DNA from: an uncultured Gemmatimonadales bacterium
Lineage (GTDB): Bacteria; Gemmatimonadota; Gemmatimonadetes; Gemmatimonadales; GWC2-71-9
DNA: 64,000 nt
Direction: 5' to 3'
Assembly: GCA_963728915.1 (NCBI GenBank)
Contig: CAVSLV010000001.1
Coordinates: 1,659,480-1,723,479, forward strand
Part shown: one piece after another, positions 25,501-33,766 of the stretch
Position numbering within the stretch: position 1 is the first letter of the stretch
Layout of the letters: each line of letters opens with the position of its first letter
The notes under the pieces: generated by a model
What the model was told of the DNA's origin: nothing
What the model saw: the letters and a program-made list of their open reading frames with translations, nothing else
Databases searched by the model: none
Translations under genes and position numbers: made by a program

Positions 25501-27130
25501 GGTCCCCAATCGGATCGTCGATTGCTGGAACCTCCTGGATGAAACGGCGGGATTCAGCGAGGAGGTCCGGGGTCGACGCGGTCTCGACAACCTTGCGGCG
25601 CTTGCGCAGGCGATTGGGGATACCCTGATCTCCTCCTCGATCGAGATCCTGGTGCTGACCGATCGGTTGCAGCAGGTTGACGGAGAACCGGTGATCGCGC
25701 CGGAGCGCGCCACGGTCAACGGGCCCATCATCGTGATCCCGCAGGAGTTCGCCGGAATCAGGTGCCGGTCGGTGGATGTGATTCCTCCATCACCGGATTC
25801 GCCCGAAGAAACCGTCCTGATCCAGACCATCCTGGAAGAGTTTCAGGCTCCGCGCGAGGAGGTGTTCGTCGCCCATCGAGGCCGCGATCGGTGGGTCAAG
25901 ACCTTTGTCCCCTACCCTATCGAACCGGTTTCCTCTCCACCCGCCGCCCTGCGAGACCGGGCGGTCGTTCTGGTTACCGGAGGACTGGGCGGTATTGGCC
26001 TGACCTTGGCGGCCCATCTGGCCAAGTCGGCATCTGCCCGCCTGGTGCTTACCAGCCGAACCGGGCTTCCGCCCCGCTCCGAGTGGGAGAACGTTCTTCA
26101 GGAGGACGATGGTCCGAGCGCTCAGCGGATCCGGGCCGTGAAAGCCCTGGAGGCGGATGGTGCCGAGGTCCTGGTCCTCGCCGCGGATGCCGGGAGTCCT
26201 GCCGATATGCGACGGTGCGTCGAAACAGCGGTGGCCCGATTCGGTGCGCTGCACGGGGTGATCCATGCCGCCGGACTGCCCGGCGGCACCATGATCCAGC
26301 TGCGCCGGCCTGAGGTCGCCGAACAGGTTCTCCGGTCCAAAGTCGCCGGCACGGCCGCCCTGCTCGCGGCATTGCCTGATGGCCCCCTGGATTTTCTTGT
26401 CTTCTGCGCCTCGGTAACTGGCCATCTCGGGGGGATTGGCCAGTGCGACTACACTGCCGGGAATGCATGTCTTGACGCGGTCGCCCGCAGAGAATCCCAG
26501 ACCGGTCGAGCGACCAGGGTCGTGTCCATCGGATGGGATGCCTGGCGCGACGTCGGCATGTCGGTAGACACACCGATCGCGCGAGATCAGCTGGCAGGCC
26601 GGCTCGAATTCGTCGCCAACGGGATCGCCCCGGTGGAAGGCGCGGAAGCCTTTGATCGCATTCTGGCGGCGGAGGTTCCCGAAATTGTCGTTTCGACTCG
26701 CCTGATGCCCTTTGCCGCACTGGTGCAGGCCAGGTACGCCTCAACCGATCGGCGACCTCAGGAGCCGCCGGCCCTGCCGGCAGCCAACTCGAGCCCAACC
26801 CATCAGCGGCCGGAAGTCGTGACGGCATTCGTGCTACCTACGGGAGAAACCGAACGAACCATCGCTCGACTGTGGGAGCAACTGCTTGGCATCGATCAGG
26901 TCGGCCTGCATGACGACTTCTTCGAGTTGGGAGGTCACTCCCTGCTCGCCACCCAGCTCCTGTCCCGCTTGCGCGAAACCTTCGGGGTGACCCTACCGCT
27001 CCGCGCGCTGTTCGAGGCAACTACCGTGGCGGCGATTGCCGAGCGGGTCGAGCTTCTCAAATGGGGTTCCGGAGCCGACACTCCGGAGACTGGAGCGGAT
27101 CAGGGGGCCCGCGAAGAAATCGAGATATGA
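22538..27130 (+). CDS. Type I PKS module following NRPS: KS-AT(malonyl)-KR-PCP-like carrier; no TE
   Basis: ATG 22538 in an ATGA overlap with GGAGG upstream. KS QTACSTS (hybrid type); AT GHSIG/HAFHS; KR GGLGGIG and DYTAGN; carrier FFELGGHSLL; ends GAREEIEI. Confidence 0.95.
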   Translation: MNRMEPIAIVGMAGRFPKARNLEEYWRNLRDGVECIAWFSPEELRAAGTDPALLNDPNFVPARGQLAEAEMFDAGFFAMNPREAEVTDPQHRLFLEVAWEALENAGYDVDRLRRRTGVFAGTSASTYLLMNLLPNPELLRTVGGYQTMIGNDKDYLPTRVSYKLNLRGPSVLIQTACSTSLVAVQFACQSLQDRQCEVALAGGVSVMFPRTAGYVYQPGMILSPNGQCRPFDADAHGTVAGEGVGVVVLKRLEDALADQDHIRAVIKGAAINNDGALKVGYTAPSVDGQAEVIAQAHRLAGVDPETIQYVEAHGTGTELGDPIEIAALTKAFGADLPARQFCAISAVKSNIGHLDAAAGVAGLIKAVLSLENTTIPPSLHFEKPNPQIDFASSPFYVNAATRPWPRSGHPRRAGVSSFGIGGTNAHVILEEAPAGPAGTEPGRTELLLVSARTPAALEQSRANLAVHLEAHPEQRLADVAFTLQQGRKAFPHRCAVLARDASQAIAGLRGTIPQPLLGPSGPVSERPVAFLFPGQGSQYAGMAGELYRSDAGFRQDIDRCDQEMAGALGASLVDFLVTAPDRMEAVTGLLRQTRIAQPVLFAVEWALARLWVRAGIQAEAMLGHSIGEYVAACLAGVFDLSDALRLVVERGRVMDIPGGAMLSVPQSAEAVRGILPAALDLAAVNAPNLCVVSGPDDEIGAFEVILEARGTPGQRLHTDHAFHSRMMEPAVEAFAAVVSRIRLAPPRVPFLSNVTGTWITAQDATDPAYWVRHLRSTVQFSAGLHHLLEDEERVFLEVGPGHSLTSIARQHTGRDRLVVPSLRHPRESTPDRDTILTALGRLWIAGVAIDWNGVDSSSSRYRVPLPTYPFERQRHCSDPPPVRTSIAEARLSVMKHPNLTEWFSVPAWIRTPRRPIRDRVPEGKWLVLAGADGLGDRLAARLRERNPHVVTVVPGERYAELGPGRFAVEPGNPEAFLALIRHLDTAGAVPNRIVDCWNLLDETAGFSEEVRGRRGLDNLAALAQAIGDTLISSSIEILVLTDRLQQVDGEPVIAPERATVNGPIIVIPQEFAGIRCRSVDVIPPSPDSPEETVLIQTILEEFQAPREEVFVAHRGRDRWVKTFVPYPIEPVSSPPAALRDRAVVLVTGGLGGIGLTLAAHLAKSASARLVLTSRTGLPPRSEWENVLQEDDGPSAQRIRAVKALEADGAEVLVLAADAGSPADMRRCVETAVARFGALHGVIHAAGLPGGTMIQLRRPEVAEQVLRSKVAGTAALLAALPDGPLDFLVFCASVTGHLGGIGQCDYTAGNACLDAVARRESQTGRATRVVSIGWDAWRDVGMSVDTPIARDQLAGRLEFVANGIAPVEGAEAFDRILAAEVPEIVVSTRLMPFAALVQARYASTDRRPQEPPALPAANSSPTHQRPEVVTAFVLPTGETERTIARLWEQLLGIDQVGLHDDFFELGGHSLLATQLLSRLRETFGVTLPLRALFEATTVAAIAERVELLKWGSGADTPETGADQGAREEIEI

Positions 27131-28599
27131 GGACCGGCATAGGTCCGCTACTCGGGGCGGCCTCGCTCACGACCAGCCTGGCGTTTCATCGCTCCGAATC
27201 GGGGGTCGTTCTCGGCCGCTGGTCTCCATTCGTCACCGCGATTCTGGCCGGGTTCGCAGTCGTCACCCTGTGGCTTGGGATTCGCACCTTCCGGAGAGGC
27301 GGGGATGGCCGCCATGGGACATGGCATTGGGCCCGACCCCGAGTGTGGCTCGAACTCGCGGCGGTGACCTATGGAGCGGGCTATCTGGCAGGGGCAATCG
27401 CCGATCCCGGCGACGCGGGCCATCTCCTCGACCTGAACATCACAGGCTCCCGCGTGCCCGTGGAGATCCTCTTCGGCTGGCTCGCCGCCGGCTTCCTCCT
27501 CGTCGCCGCCCTGACTCTGCTACCGCGCCTCCCGGCTACCTGGCGCAATCCCGCCCTGCTGATCACGTCCGTTCTGGTCGCGGTCCTGGCCCTCGAGGGA
27601 GTGGCCAGGGGCGTCGCGCTTTTCAATCCTCAGGTGCAAGGCTTTCCCACCTATCGTGCCAGGCTGTGGGTTCGTCGGTTTTTCCACCTGAACGCGGCCG
27701 GCTTCCGGGACCGGGACCACGCCCGGGTCGCGGCCTCGCGAGTGCATCGTCTTCTGATCGTGGGCGACTCGTTCGGAGCGGGTTATGGCATGGACAATCC
27801 CGATGACCGCTTCGGCAACCGCCTGGGCGACCTGCTCTCCCGGGAGACCGGCTCAGCCTGGGAGGTCATTCATTGCGCAAAGCCGGATACCAATACGCTC
27901 CAGCATCTCCAGTTCCTCAAGGAATGCCTCCGCTTCGATCCCGAGTTGGTCATCCTCCTGTATGTCTTCAATGACATCAACTACCTGATCCCGCAGCGGA
28001 GCGCCTCACTGGCGTCCCACTCGGATACTCCGTTGGAGCGTTTACAACCCATCCGGGTGTTGTTCTTGAACTCGTTCGCGTTTGAGGAACTGTACGTCCG
28101 GGCCCGGCCCCTGGCCTACGCCCGCGAGGGGTTGCCGCGGGAGGTAAACGCCTACCGTGATTCGTCCCTGCTGTCGCGTCACCTCGCCGATGTGGGCCGA
28201 TTCGTCCAGACCGCCAGGAATGCGGGGGCGCGGATCGGGATCGTCCCGTTCAGCATACTTCTGACCGTCTCCGAACCCGATCGGGAACGGTACGGTCTGT
28301 TTGTCGCGGCGGCTCGACGCGCAGGACTGCCGGTCTGGCGCGCCGATTCGGTGTTCTCAGGAATGTCCTTCGAGAGCCTGCGAGTGGCGCCCCTGGACGC
28401 CCATCCGAATGCCCGTGCGAACAGTCTACTGGCTTCCGCCGTGCTGGGACGAGCCCTCTCGACGCTGGCGGAACCGCAACCGGACCAGGCCCGACGACAA
28501 CCTTCGTTCGATCAGGATGAGACCTTGAGAGCGGCGCCGGCCCGGGCAATGAGCTCTTCCGGCTCGTTCTGCAGTTCCTCGAGAGAATCAGGCACGTAA
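27127..28599 (+). CDS. Membrane-anchored SGNH/GDSL hydrolase/acyltransferase family protein
   Basis: ATGA overlap with the PKS stop. Several N-terminal hydrophobic helices, NAAGFRD, VGDSFG (block I Ser), YVFND and LDAHPN. The 3' end overlaps the convergent regulator. Confidence 0.85.
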   Translation: MRTGIGPLLGAASLTTSLAFHRSESGVVLGRWSPFVTAILAGFAVVTLWLGIRTFRRGGDGRHGTWHWARPRVWLELAAVTYGAGYLAGAIADPGDAGHLLDLNITGSRVPVEILFGWLAAGFLLVAALTLLPRLPATWRNPALLITSVLVAVLALEGVARGVALFNPQVQGFPTYRARLWVRRFFHLNAAGFRDRDHARVAASRVHRLLIVGDSFGAGYGMDNPDDRFGNRLGDLLSRETGSAWEVIHCAKPDTNTLQHLQFLKECLRFDPELVILLYVFNDINYLIPQRSASLASHSDTPLERLQPIRVLFLNSFAFEELYVRARPLAYAREGLPREVNAYRDSSLLSRHLADVGRFVQTARNAGARIGIVPFSILLTVSEPDRERYGLFVAAARRAGLPVWRADSVFSGMSFESLRVAPLDAHPNARANSLLASAVLGRALSTLAEPQPDQARRQPSFDQDETLRAAPARAMSSSGSFCSSSRESGT

Positions 28600-29399
28600 T
28601 AGCTGGCCCGGACCTGGGCTTCCCCCTTGCCGTCGGACACCGCCTGCTCCAGTCGTTCGATCATCCGGGCGGCGCCCTCCGCAGAGGTATCCGGAGCAAT
28701 GATGCCGAATTCAAGCGACGAGAGCCGGCCCACCGCGTCGGCGGCGCGTCCCGATTGCCGGAAGAACTCGGCGACTCGTCGCGCCAGGTCGTCGACTCTT
28801 TCCAGCGCCGCGTCGAGACCGGGATCTCCGGTGGAGAACACCACGCAGGCCACCGGCTGATTGTGGCGGCGCGCTTCCGCGATGATTTCCCGGGCCCGGC
28901 GGTCGAGCCCCTTGCGGGTGTACAGCCCGGTGAGCGGATCGAGCAAGGGCTCGGCTCCCCCCACCTCGAGTGCTTTGCGCGCCGCCAGGAACGTGCGAAT
29001 CTTGAAGAGCAGAATCTCGGGGTCGATCGGCTGGCCAAAGAAATCCCACGCACCGGCCTCGAACGCTTCCGCCCGCTGAGTCCGCCCCGCCTGACCGGCG
29101 GTGGTAATGATGATCGGGGTGATGGCCCCGATCCGGGGATTCTTTCTCAGGCGACGACACACCTCGGAACCATCCAGGTCGGGCATTTGCCGGTCCAGGA
29201 TGATCACATCGGGGAAGACGGTCTCGGCTTGCTTGATCGCTTGAGCGGCGGTGAAAGCCCGAGCGATCCCATAGCCTTCAGCCGAGAGCAGGCTCTCAAG
29301 GGATCGGGCGGACCATTCCTGATCGTTGGCGATAAGGACCATCGCAGCCGGGGCAACTCCCTCTTGCGAATCCCCGGTGGAACTGGAAGGCGCGGTCAA
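28512..29399 (-). CDS. Response regulator: REC plus degenerate GGDEF domain
   Basis: REC: VLIAND, PDVIILDRQMPDLDG. GGDEF fold: DPLTGLYTRK. Active site reads SSLEF, with RAAD upstream. Confidence 0.85.
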   Translation of the reverse strand: MTAPSSSTGDSQEGVAPAAMVLIANDQEWSARSLESLLSAEGYGIARAFTAAQAIKQAETVFPDVIILDRQMPDLDGSEVCRRLRKNPRIGAITPIIITTAGQAGRTQRAEAFEAGAWDFFGQPIDPEILLFKIRTFLAARKALEVGGAEPLLDPLTGLYTRKGLDRRAREIIAEARRHNQPVACVVFSTGDPGLDAALERVDDLARRVAEFFRQSGRAADAVGRLSSLEFGIIAPDTSAEGAARMIERLEQAVSDGKGEAQVRASYYVPDSLEELQNEPEELIARAGAALKVSS

Positions 29400-29859
29400 A
29401 CAAGACTCCTTAACGCCACTCTGTGGCGAAAGTCAAACAGTTTCCCAGATCGCAACGTCGCGAAATCCCGAACCGCACTCTTGGACAAAGTGGCGTAATA
29501 CGCTGCTGTATCAATACTTACGGCGCTGCCAGCATTCCAGACGAGCCCAGTCGATCAAGATCCCGAGAAATAGTCCTTCACAATTTGCCGCAAATGTCCG
29601 GCCTAAGCTGGCGTTTCTTGTGATCTCGTTTGGACTTGCGTCGCAGCCGACGGCTGGTGCGCCTTGGGCGTTGCACCGCAGCAACACTTGTAGTTTTTTC
29701 GCCGCTAAAACCCATCATTTTACACCGTAAGATACCCTTACAACGGCTCCTAAGATGTTTCAGGACAATGAATTCGCAAATCTGTGACGAACCAATAATC
29801 CAAGCACGTTCCCTGCTGAACAACCAGCGACGTTCGGTCTCTCTCCGTTGGAGGAAACG

Positions 29860-30642
29860 TTGTCCGTTGGCATGCGCGCGCTCCTGAGCTGTTTCGTCTG
29901 CGGTGTTCTCAGCGCCGGTTCGGCGCGAGCCCAGCAGTCCTCAAATCCGTCCCTGATCAGCTCGAGGGCGCAGATAGAGAGTCGGATTTCCGAAGCCGAG
30001 AAAATCCTCAGCTCGAACGGTTATTCGGCGCGGATGAAACGGATCAAACGGCAGGAAGTCGCCATGCTGCGCCAGCGCCTGGAAGATGGCGATCTCCAGG
30101 CAGGCGATGCGATCATTCTGGCCGTCGAAGGGGAGCAACAGCTGACCGACAGCTTCAAGGTTTCCGCAGCCCGATCGATTACCCTGCCAGGCATCGCGGA
30201 TATCTCCATGAGAGGCGTGCTACGCTCCGAAGTGGAGGAATATCTCACTCGGGAGTTGCGGAAATATCTTCGCAATCCCGTAGTCCACGTCCAGACCACA
30301 GTTCGCCTCAGCATTCTCGGTTCGGTCGGGAAGCCAGGATACTATCAGGTCAATTCCGAGCGGATGATCGGCGATGCGATCATGCTCGCGGGCGGACCGG
30401 CAGGCGGAATCGACCCCGCGAAGACCTATGCGGACCGCGGAGGAGTGGTGATTCTTGACCGGGAGGCGTTCTCCGAGGCCCTTGACCGTGGAAAAACTCT
30501 GGACCAGATGAACTTCCGCGCCGGAGATGAGATCGTGGTTGGTGGGGCTCGAACGGGGGCCAGCCGGAATGTCCTCGGCGCCGCCGTACCGATTCTGGGC
30601 GGGCTCTCGACGCTGACCTTCCTGCTCACCCAGATCTTCTGA
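29860..30642 (+). CDS. Polysaccharide export protein (Wza/OPX-like, SLBB domain)
   Basis: Signal peptide ending ARA-Q; LQAGDAI, ITLPGIADI, ILGSVGKPGYY, AIMLAGG; C-terminal hydrophobic helix. Start is TTG 29860 after GGAGG or ATG 29872. Confidence 0.8.
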   Translation: MSVGMRALLSCFVCGVLSAGSARAQQSSNPSLISSRAQIESRISEAEKILSSNGYSARMKRIKRQEVAMLRQRLEDGDLQAGDAIILAVEGEQQLTDSFKVSAARSITLPGIADISMRGVLRSEVEEYLTRELRKYLRNPVVHVQTTVRLSILGSVGKPGYYQVNSERMIGDAIMLAGGPAGGIDPAKTYADRGGVVILDREAFSEALDRGKTLDQMNFRAGDEIVVGGARTGASRNVLGAAVPILGGLSTLTFLLTQIF

Positions 30643-31436
30643 TGGCCTACCCCTCCTCTACTCCGCTGCCGGGCCCTTCGGCATGGATTGACCGGGTGGT
30701 CCAACCGCAGGAGGGAACCGCCCGCAAGCGGCTGGGGCAAGCGCCTCATCTCCAGGTTATCGGTCCTGCCGAGGAGGTGCCGATCGAGTCGGGTGAGCAT
30801 GCCCTGGCACGGCGCGCCCTCAACGTCGCGGTGGCACTGATCGGGATCGTGATCAGTTTCCCGCTGTGGGTGGTGATCGCGGTCCTGATCAAACTCACCT
30901 CTCGAGGACCGGTGTTCCACGTCCAGACCCGCGTCGGGGTTTGCACTCGTCGCACCCGTCCGCGACGTCATGACCCGCGCCGGAGAGAGGATATCGGGGG
31001 TCGTCCCTTCCGGATCTACAAGTTCCGGACGATGCACCAGGACGCCGAGCGTCAGACCGGAGCAATCTGGGCGCAACGGAACGATCCCCGAGTCACGGCG
31101 GTGGGGCGGTTCCTCAGGAAGTTCCGCTTCGACGAAATGCCCCAGCTGATCAATGTGCTCAAGGGCGACATGAACGTGGTTGGCCCGCGTCCCGAACGCC
31201 CTACCATCTTCTCGGAGCTCAGGCAGAGCATTCCCAACTATCAGCTGCGCCAGAAGGCCCGTCCGGGGATTACCGGGCTCGCCCAGGTCCGGCTGAACTA
31301 TGACTCGAAGCTGGAAGACGTCCAGCGGAAGGTCGAATGCGATCTCGAGTACCTCGAAGGGCAGAGCTTCTGGAAAGACCTCCGGATCATGCTGGCGACC
31401 ATTCCGGTCGTGCTGCTGCGCAAAGGAGGGTGGTAG
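30642..31436 (+). CDS. Priming (undecaprenyl-phosphate) sugar transferase, Bac_transf family
   Basis: YKFRTM, DPRVTAVGRFLRK, DEMPQLINVLKGDMNVVGPRPE, PGITGLAQV; a single TM helix. Confidence 0.93.
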   Translation: MAYPSSTPLPGPSAWIDRVVQPQEGTARKRLGQAPHLQVIGPAEEVPIESGEHALARRALNVAVALIGIVISFPLWVVIAVLIKLTSRGPVFHVQTRVGVCTRRTRPRRHDPRRREDIGGRPFRIYKFRTMHQDAERQTGAIWAQRNDPRVTAVGRFLRKFRFDEMPQLINVLKGDMNVVGPRPERPTIFSELRQSIPNYQLRQKARPGITGLAQVRLNYDSKLEDVQRKVECDLEYLEGQSFWKDLRIMLATIPVVLLRKGGW

Positions 31437-31450
31437 ACTCGGCTGGAGAC

Positions 31451-32638
31451 CTAGCTCCGGCGAGTCGGATTCCAGGTAGCATGCCGTTCCCCGCTCAACG
31501 CCTTGGTCCAGGCAACCAAACCCGCAAACACTGAGCTGGTGAGGAACGCGAGAACGCCGAACAGTCGTGGCAAGGCACCCTTTCCCTGCCGGTAGAACGC
31601 CCAGGCCCCGATCAGCGCGATTCCAGCACCCGCCGCGAATAGCCACGCAGCCCACCACACTTTGAACCCGAGAATGGCCAAACCCGCGGGCAGAAGCGGC
31701 GCCACAAGAAAACACATCCAGCGGAGCAGTTTGTGGCTGACCAGGGAAAAGCTGAAAAGGGGATCTCGCCAGGGATTCAGTAAGCGACGCTTGAACCACA
31801 GGGTTTGGAGCCCGCGGACCATGGTGCGCACTTTCCGTCGATACTCTACGCGCAGATCGCGGGCTCGTGGCACCAGGGCGACGGCTTCGGGAACCGAAAC
31901 GGCACGGTATCCTCGTTCGGCCGTGACCAGCGCGCTGGCAAAATCCCGGCTCAGGGAGCCGGGCAGAGTCACGTCGAACAATTCTCTCCGCAGGGCGTAG
32001 AAACAACCGCTCGCCCCCACGATCGACTGGGCCCGGGTCTCGAGCGATCGCAGCCACATTTCGTAGCCCACGTATCCCGACTCCCCCCTGGTCGACTCGG
32101 ACAACCTGGCCCCCGGTGCAACCAGATCGGCCGCATCCACACTCACGTCCCTCCCGGAGGCAAGCCCAACCGAAGGATCGCCGAAAGCGCGAATCAGGGG
32201 TTTGAGCGAGCCGGCCGGAATCCGGGTCGTTGCATCGGTGTTGACCACGATGGTGCCCTGGAGCAGGGAGACGGCCTTGCTTTCCGCGCTGGTCTTGCCC
32301 ACCCGCTCGGGAAGCCGAAGGAGGGTAACCCGCTCGGGCGGAAAGGCGCTGACCACCTGATCGGTCCGATCGGTAGAGCCGTCCGAGACAACGATCACCC
32401 GCAGCAGCTCCGCGGGATAGTCGAGCGCCAGCAGGCTTTCCAGGGTCCGGGCTATGACCGCCTCCTCGTTATAGACGGAAAGGAGCACACTGATCGATGG
32501 CCACGGGGAGAGATCCTCCCGCGCCGCCTTGCGATCCCTGATCCACGCTACCACCCCGATGCAGACGGGATAGCCCACATACGCGTACAGGAACAGCAAC
32601 ACCGGAAGAAGTGCCAGCCCTGCCCCCAGCACGATCAT
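31451..32638 (-). CDS. Glycosyltransferase family 2 (membrane-anchored)
   Basis: YAYVGYP, SVYNEE, VSDGSTD, TDA, GASGCFYA and HKLLRW; TM helices at both ends. Confidence 0.9.
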   Translation of the reverse strand: MIVLGAGLALLPVLLFLYAYVGYPVCIGVVAWIRDRKAAREDLSPWPSISVLLSVYNEEAVIARTLESLLALDYPAELLRVIVVSDGSTDRTDQVVSAFPPERVTLLRLPERVGKTSAESKAVSLLQGTIVVNTDATTRIPAGSLKPLIRAFGDPSVGLASGRDVSVDAADLVAPGARLSESTRGESGYVGYEMWLRSLETRAQSIVGASGCFYALRRELFDVTLPGSLSRDFASALVTAERGYRAVSVPEAVALVPRARDLRVEYRRKVRTMVRGLQTLWFKRRLLNPWRDPLFSFSLVSHKLLRWMCFLVAPLLPAGLAILGFKVWWAAWLFAAGAGIALIGAWAFYRQGKGALPRLFGVLAFLTSSVFAGLVAWTKALSGERHATWNPTRRS

Positions 32639-33741
32639 GATTGATTGACCAGTTCGGTGTACACCGATTCGTAACGATCGAGCCAGGGACCGGAGGTGAA
32701 GCGGGTCTCCAACACCCGTCTGGCATTGACGGCACGTTCGAGAGCAGCTTGCGGGTGCTTTTCAACCTCTCGCAAAGCTCCGGCCAGCTCCCGGGGAGCC
32801 TCCGGGTCGAGGAGCAGGGCCTGGTCCGGTCCGACGACATCAGGGATGCCGCCCACCCTGCTTGTAATGACCGGAACGTCGGCGGCCATCGCCTCGAACA
32901 GAATCAGCGGAGTACCCTCGGTTCGCGAGCTGATGACCAGCACATCGAAAGCCTTGAGCACCAGTCCGGCATTGGGGATGGCGCCGTGCCATCGGACCCG
33001 GGTTTCCAGACCGAGATGCCTGGTCCGTGCCTCCAGGCCAGGAAGCTCGGGCCCTGTGCCGATGAAGCTGGCCCGCCAGGCTGGGGCCGCCGCGAGGGCC
33101 TCGAGGAAGAGATCGGGCCCTTTCTCGCGCGAGACGCGCCCAACCCAGCCGGCGAGCGGCCTTTCGTCGGTAAGACCAAGCGCGCGTCGCGCCTCCTCCC
33201 TGGACAGCGGGTTTCCCGCCGGGGCAAACGCATTGGGAATGACCAGAAGCCTGCGGGTGGGGAGTCCGCGGCCGTAAGCTGTTCGCCAAGGGGTCGGGAA
33301 ACGGCAACGACCCGATCGAACCCTCGAAGAAAGCGACGATCGAGCCATTCGTAGCACCGGTTGCGGAAGCGATCCGCCGACATACCCATGCACGGTCGAA
33401 ATGACGGGAATTCCTCCGGGTCGAGCAGCACGAAGCCCCACGATGTCAGCATGGTAGCCATGGCAGTGGAGCACTGTTCCGGGCTCGCGGCTCAGCTCCC
33501 TGCTCACCATTTCGATTTGTCTCAGGTACCCGCGTCGGGGAGCCCGGACCTCGACAAGCTTGACCTCCTCCCGCTCAACGCCCTCCAATCCATGTCCGGC
33601 GGCGTCCGGAGGGAGCAGAACGGCCACCCGCACCTGATGCCCCCTCCGCGCCATCCCGCCAGCGAGACCGCGTACGACGCCTTCCAGCCCACCAAACGGT
33701 GCCGGTGCCGCGAGATGAAGGATGTGGAGGGGGGCACCCAC
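32635..33741 (-). CDS. Glycosyltransferase family 4 (internal compensating frameshifts near 33270-33370)
   Basis: GGLE, HCHGY, GRVSREKGPD, SSRTEGTPLILFEAMAA. The expected segment YEWLDRRFLRGFDRVVAVS is in the alternative frame (ORF 32904..33461). Confidence 0.85.
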   Translation of the reverse strand: MGAPLHILHLAAPAPFGGLEGVVRGLAGGMARRGHQVRVAVLLPPDAAGHGLEGVEREEVKLVEVRAPRRGYLRQIEMVSRELSREPGTVLHCHGYHADIVGLRAARPGGIPVISTVHGYVGGSLPQPVLRMARSSLSSRVRSGRCRFPTPWRTAYGRGLPTRRLLVIPNAFAPAGNPLSREEARRALGLTDERPLAGWVGRVSREKGPDLFLEALAAAPAWRASFIGTGPELPGLEARTRHLGLETRVRWHGAIPNAGLVLKAFDVLVISSRTEGTPLILFEAMAADVPVITSRVGGIPDVVGPDQALLLDPEAPRELAGALREVEKHPQAALERAVNARRVLETRFTSGPWLDRYESVYTELVNQS

Positions 33742-33766
33742 TGATCAGGTGCTGACGCCGACCGGG

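Noticed and set aside
28512..28599. 88-bp convergent overlap of the SGNH and regulator genes
   Set aside because: The overlapping SGNH tail lies beyond the catalytic His and is low in information; it may be run-on or an indel artefact, with no evidence of function.
29400..29850. Possible riboswitch/ncRNA or sigma54 site in the long AT-richer intergenic region
   Set aside because: Only short inverted repeats (ACGCCACT/AGTGGCGT) are present. AAGCACGTTCCCTGC at about 29802 lacks the invariant GG, and no RNA family is recognisable by eye. An Rfam scan is needed.
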